From Candidatus Dormiibacterota bacterium (GTDB taxonomy: Bacteria > Chloroflexota > Dormibacteria > Aeolococcales > Aeolococcaceae), in the NCBI GenBank assembly GCA_963716365.1, contig OY970307.1:2969682-3033681 (forward strand): DNA of 64,000 nt, given 5' to 3'. The notes beneath the pieces were generated by a model. It was not told the DNA's origin, searched no databases, and was given only the letters and a program-made list of their open reading frames with translations. The first letter of the stretch is position 1; the number at the start of each line of letters is the position of its first letter. Below, piece after piece: positions 60,576-64,000 of the stretch. Made by a program: the position numbers and the translations under genes.

Positions 60576-61541
60576 ATGTCGAGTACCCCGGCGTCCCTGG
60601 TTCTCTTCGGGATCGCTGTCGGCGCATACACGCTGGCTGTGTTGGCTTTCGTGCTCCATCTGGCCTTCCGGAAGCGCTGGCTCGGCGACGCGGGCATGGC
60701 CCTGGTCCTCATCGGCTGGCCCATCCATTTCGCGTCGATCTTCACCCGGGCGCTCGAGGCCGGGCACTGGCCGCTCGGCAACATGTACGAGTACTCGACC
60801 GGCATCGCATTCGTGATCGTCACGGTCTGCGTCATCCTCATGGTCCGGGCCAGGATGCGACTGATCGGCCTGCCGGCCATGATCGTCACGGTCGCGCTCA
60901 TGGGTGTCGCCTACATGCTCTACGTGCCGCCCGGACAGCTCGTGCCGGCGCTGCACAGCTACTGGCTGACGATCCACGTCACGTCCATGGCAACGTCGTC
61001 GGCCGTCCTCAGCTTCTCGTTCTTCTTCGGGATGGCGTATCTCGCCAAGCGCTGGGCCGACAACCGCGTGATGGCGTTCGCACCGGCCGCCGTTCCGGCC
61101 AGCGTGACCAGTGGTGGCGGCGGCGTCGCCACCTTGACCATGGGCGGCGGCGGAGGCTCAGGAGCGGGTAGCGGCACCGACGGCGGCATCCGCGGGCCGC
61201 TGGCGAGCTGGCTGCAGCGGTCCCTGCCCAAAGCGGGGTTGCTCGACAGCTGGAGCTACCGGTTCGTGATGATCGGCTTCCCGATCTGGACGTTCGGGGT
61301 CATCTGCGGCGCGATCTGGGGCGAGCACGCCTGGGGCCGCTATTGGGGATGGGACCCCAAGGAGACCTTCGCGTTTATCACGTGGGTCATCTTCGCCATC
61401 TACCTGCACGCGCGCGTCACCTACGGTTGGAAAGAGAAGCGCGCGGCGATCATCACCGCGTTCGGGTTCGCCGCGATCCTCTTCACGCTGTACGCGGTCA
61501 ACCTCTGGATCGCCGGTCTGCACTCGTACGCCCGCGCCTGA
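60576..61541 (+). CDS. ccsA: Cytochrome c biogenesis protein CcsA/ResC (system II)
   Basis: PLGNMYE, PALHSYWLTIHV, WGRYWGWDPKE (WWD), GLHSYA. Confidence 0.93.
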   Translation: MSSTPASLVLFGIAVGAYTLAVLAFVLHLAFRKRWLGDAGMALVLIGWPIHFASIFTRALEAGHWPLGNMYEYSTGIAFVIVTVCVILMVRARMRLIGLPAMIVTVALMGVAYMLYVPPGQLVPALHSYWLTIHVTSMATSSAVLSFSFFFGMAYLAKRWADNRVMAFAPAAVPASVTSGGGGVATLTMGGGGGSGAGSGTDGGIRGPLASWLQRSLPKAGLLDSWSYRFVMIGFPIWTFGVICGAIWGEHAWGRYWGWDPKETFAFITWVIFAIYLHARVTYGWKEKRAAIITAFGFAAILFTLYAVNLWIAGLHSYARA

Positions 61542-61689
61542 CACATCCTCATCGCGCGATCCGCGGTCAGTGTCCGGCGTCTCCGGTCTGCAGTCGTTGA
61601 GCGCGTGCGCTCAGACGGACGCGATGTTGCGCTGCGGGCGCTGGCATGCAGCTGAACGACTCAAGCAGCGCTGACGACGTTGCACACGA

Positions 61690-61728
61690 GCGCTCCAGGG
61701 CGTGCCTTCACGATCTGCCCTGGAGCGC
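61690..61728. repeat. Perfect 12-bp inverted repeat between convergent genes (possible terminator or structured RNA)
   Basis: GCGCTCCAGGGC, 15-nt loop, GCCCTGGAGCGC. Confidence 0.6.
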
Positions 61729-61764
61729 CGGCGCGCATTGAAGCGGACGAGATAAGCACCGCGG

Positions 61765-61857
61765 TTACCCGCGACGCGCCCACCTTGTCTTCTTCAGCAT
61801 TTTCTTATGCTTGTGCTTGCGCATTTTCTTGCGCCGCTTCTTGATGACGGAACCCAT
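61765..61857 (-). CDS. Small basic ribosomal protein bS22-like (AURKAIP1/COX24/mS38 domain), 30 aa
   Basis: MGSVIKKRRKKMRKHKHKKMLKKTRWARRG; below the ORF-track cutoff. Confidence 0.88.
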   Translation of the reverse strand: MGSVIKKRRKKMRKHKHKKMLKKTRWARRG

Positions 61858-61867
61858 CTGCCCTCGA

Positions 61868-62365
61868 CTATAGCGGTCGGAGGCGATCGAACGCCGCGCG
61901 CAAGTTCACTGCGGTGTTCTCGAGGTGCTCGGGCAGCACCTTCACGTCAGCCAGCACGGGCATGAAATTCGTGTCGCCGCCCCAGCGTGGGACGACATGC
62001 AGGTGCACGTGCTCGACACTTGCGCCCGCCGCCGCGCCCTGGTTGATTCCGATGTTGAATCCGCCGGGATGCATTGCCTCGGTCAGCGCTCGGATCGCGC
62101 GCTGGGTCGCGGCGAACACCGCGGCGCCTTCGTCCGGTGTCAGCGAGACAAGGTCGGGCGCGTGGCGCACCGGGACCACCATGACGTGGCCGCTGCTGTA
62201 CGGGTAGCGGTTGAGCAGCGTGATGGTGAGCTCGTCGCGATCCACCACGAGCGATTCGTCGGTGCTCTGCTCGGCGGCGGCGGCGCAGAGGAAGCACCCG
62301 GAGTCGGCGGCGCTGGGTCCGCTCGAGACGTACGTCATTCGCCAGGGCGCCCAGAGCTGCCTCAC
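61868..62365 (-). CDS. HIT family nucleotide hydrolase/phosphorylase
   Basis: LWAPWRMTY, CFLC, LNRYPY..GH, HVHLHVVPRW. Confidence 0.93.
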   Translation of the reverse strand: MRQLWAPWRMTYVSSGPSAADSGCFLCAAAAEQSTDESLVVDRDELTITLLNRYPYSSGHVMVVPVRHAPDLVSLTPDEGAAVFAATQRAIRALTEAMHPGGFNIGINQGAAAGASVEHVHLHVVPRWGGDTNFMPVLADVKVLPEHLENTAVNLRAAFDRLRPL

Positions 62366-62375
62366 GAGCGTGACG

Positions 62376-63611
62376 TTAGCCGACTACCGCCGCCGTCGGT
62401 CGCGTCGGCACGGGTGTCTCGGGCTCGCGGGTGAGCAGCCCCGGTCGCCACGCTGCCAGACAGGCGATCACCGCCGCGCCGATGAGTGCCCACGCCGCCA
62501 GCGGCCCAGGCGGGAACGCGCCCGCGTCGATGAGATCGACGACCGCCGCGGCGGTGATCAGCGTCCAGATGCCGACGACAGCCAGCCTGCGCGCATCCGC
62601 AAGCGCGATTGCCCAGATGACGACAGGCGCAAGCATCACGAGGTCCTGGGCATACGCGTGCGGTGCGCCCAGCAGCGAAAGGACCGCCGCCGCGATCAGT
62701 GCGCGGTCGAACCGCTGCGGGCGGCGGCGGGCCAGGTCCCCAAGCGCCCATGCGATCGCGCAGGCGATGGCCGTTCCGCCAAGGCCGATCACCTCGCTCG
62801 CGGTCCCGTTGCCGGCGATTGCGCCGGGGATCGCGATGAAGCTCAGCATCCGCCCCAGGTCCCAGGCACCGCCCTGTGCCGTGGCAAGGCCGGCAAACGC
62901 CAGCACCCCCGCCACACCGACGACCGCAAGGCTCGCGACCGCCAGGCCGGCCAGGCCTGCGACGGCGCCGATGATGACCTTCCGTTGCCGCCAGCCGATG
63001 AGGAAGGCCGCCAGCCCCAGCGCGAGATGGGGTTTCGCCACGCCCGCCGCCAGGACGAGGATCACGGCCCCGCGTGCCTCGTGGCCGTGGCGCCAGTCGC
63101 GATACGCCAGGGCGAGCCCCAGCGCCGTCAGCGACGACCACTGGCCCTGGAGCAGGAGCGTCCAAGTGCCGACGGATCCCATCGCCACCATCCCGGCAGT
63201 GACGCGCCACACCTTCGGGGTCGTCGCGGGCCACGGAGCGCTGCGCACGGCGATGACGACCGCGAGCGCGAGGATGAGCAGGGAGAGCGCCGACCAGAGC
63301 CGGTACGAGGCGGTCAGGCTCAGGAAGGTGACCGGGACGACGAGCAACGCAGCCGGAGGGCCGTCGACGAATGGCACGGCGCCGTTGTGGACCGGCGCGA
63401 TGAGCGCGTTCCGAAGCGCGGTCTGCGTGGCCAGGTTGTAGACCGCGGCGCCACCGTGGTGGCGCAGGAGCAGTCCGGCGACGTACGACGACGTGAAGTC
63501 GGAGCGGTCGATGTCCGCGGTCGGCAGACGCGCCCAGATGAGCACATAGGCGAGGAGAAGGGCAGCCGCGACCGCCATGACGAGGCGTGCCTGCCGGGCG
63601 TGCGCACCCAC
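62376..63611 (-). CDS. GT87 (DUF2029)-like GT-C glycosyltransferase
   Basis: SDF..Y in the first loop, PF..PP, GQ, KPH, PHAYAQD; many TMs. Confidence 0.8.
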   Translation of the reverse strand: MGAHARQARLVMAVAAALLLAYVLIWARLPTADIDRSDFTSSYVAGLLLRHHGGAAVYNLATQTALRNALIAPVHNGAVPFVDGPPAALLVVPVTFLSLTASYRLWSALSLLILALAVVIAVRSAPWPATTPKVWRVTAGMVAMGSVGTWTLLLQGQWSSLTALGLALAYRDWRHGHEARGAVILVLAAGVAKPHLALGLAAFLIGWRQRKVIIGAVAGLAGLAVASLAVVGVAGVLAFAGLATAQGGAWDLGRMLSFIAIPGAIAGNGTASEVIGLGGTAIACAIAWALGDLARRRPQRFDRALIAAAVLSLLGAPHAYAQDLVMLAPVVIWAIALADARRLAVVGIWTLITAAAVVDLIDAGAFPPGPLAAWALIGAAVIACLAAWRPGLLTREPETPVPTRPTAAVVG

Positions 63612-63717
63612 GCCCCGACGCTAGCAGCCATTCGGTCGCTCCAGATCGAGTGCGACCGGAGCGTGACCTGCGCGTTGAGCCGGTTGACACGGCGCCTTCG
63701 GACGCTCCAGGCCGGGT

Positions 63718-64000
63718 TCAGAGCAGGGTGAGGGTCACCTCGACGTTGCCGCGGACCGCGTTGGAGTACGGGCAGCGCTGCTCGGTCTCGTCGATGAGCG
63801 CCATCGCCTGCTCCCGATCGGGGATCGAGGGGAGCGTGATCAGCAGCTCGACGGTCAGACCAAGGCGGCCGGAGCCGATCACCCCGATGCCGACACGAGC
63901 CGTGACGACGGAATCGAGCACGTCGAGGCCCTTCCGCCGCGCGATCCCGATCATTGCGTTCTGCCAGCATGCCCCGTAGCCGAGCGCGAAGAGTTGCTCG
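63718..64000 (-). CDS. ohr: Ohr/OsmC family peroxiredoxin (5' end outside window)
   Basis: EQLFALGYGAC and CPYSNA motifs. Confidence 0.85.
   Translation of the reverse strand, partial: EQLFALGYGACWQNAMIGIARRKGLDVLDSVVTARVGIGVIGSGRLGLTVELLITLPSIPDREQAMALIDETEQRCPYSNAVRGNVEVTLTLL

Noticed and set aside
1-64000. Many long overlapping or antisense ORFs in the track (e.g. 12890-14572, 62211-63731, 9793-11181)
   Set aside because: Arg/Pro/Ala-rich shadow frames expected in high-GC DNA opposite or out of phase with well-supported genes.
1-64000. CRISPR array, IS elements or prophage genes
   Set aside because: No regularly spaced direct repeats, transposase or phage motifs recognised.

Overview
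High-GC bacterial chromosomal window. Gene content and style suggest a monoderm Chloroflexota/Dormibacterota-like or actinobacterial-like soil lineage (inference only). 0.5-22.7 kb is mostly housekeeping: valS; a translationally coupled double-zinc-ribbon gene plus four degenerate complex-I/Mrp/Hyf-like membrane genes; maf; rplU-rpmA-obgE-nadD-rsfS; a rhomboid protease; a class A PBP; an AAA ATPase; and a ClgR-like regulator with clpP. 22.7-57.0 kb is a ~34-kb surface-glycan locus. It holds a pseudaminic-acid-type pathway (pseB/C/G/F/I/H-like), two candidate nonulosonate transferases, a Wzx flippase, a priming glycosyl-phosphotransferase, a GtrB-like GT2, a WecE-like transaminase, an aminotransferase/ATP-grasp/amidohydrolase-methyltransferase module, and four large GT-C-like polytopic membrane proteins, three of them close paralogs. 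Many genes in this locus carry single-base frameshifts that look like sequencing errors. 57-64 kb holds an EXLDI-family gene, an S53 peptidase, a DUF998-like gene, tRNA-Ala(CGC), a response regulator, ccsA, a 30-aa bS22-like protein missed by the ORF track, HIT, GT87 and a partial ohr. No CRISPR array, transposase or integrase was seen. All family calls come from motif recognition by eye, not database searches.
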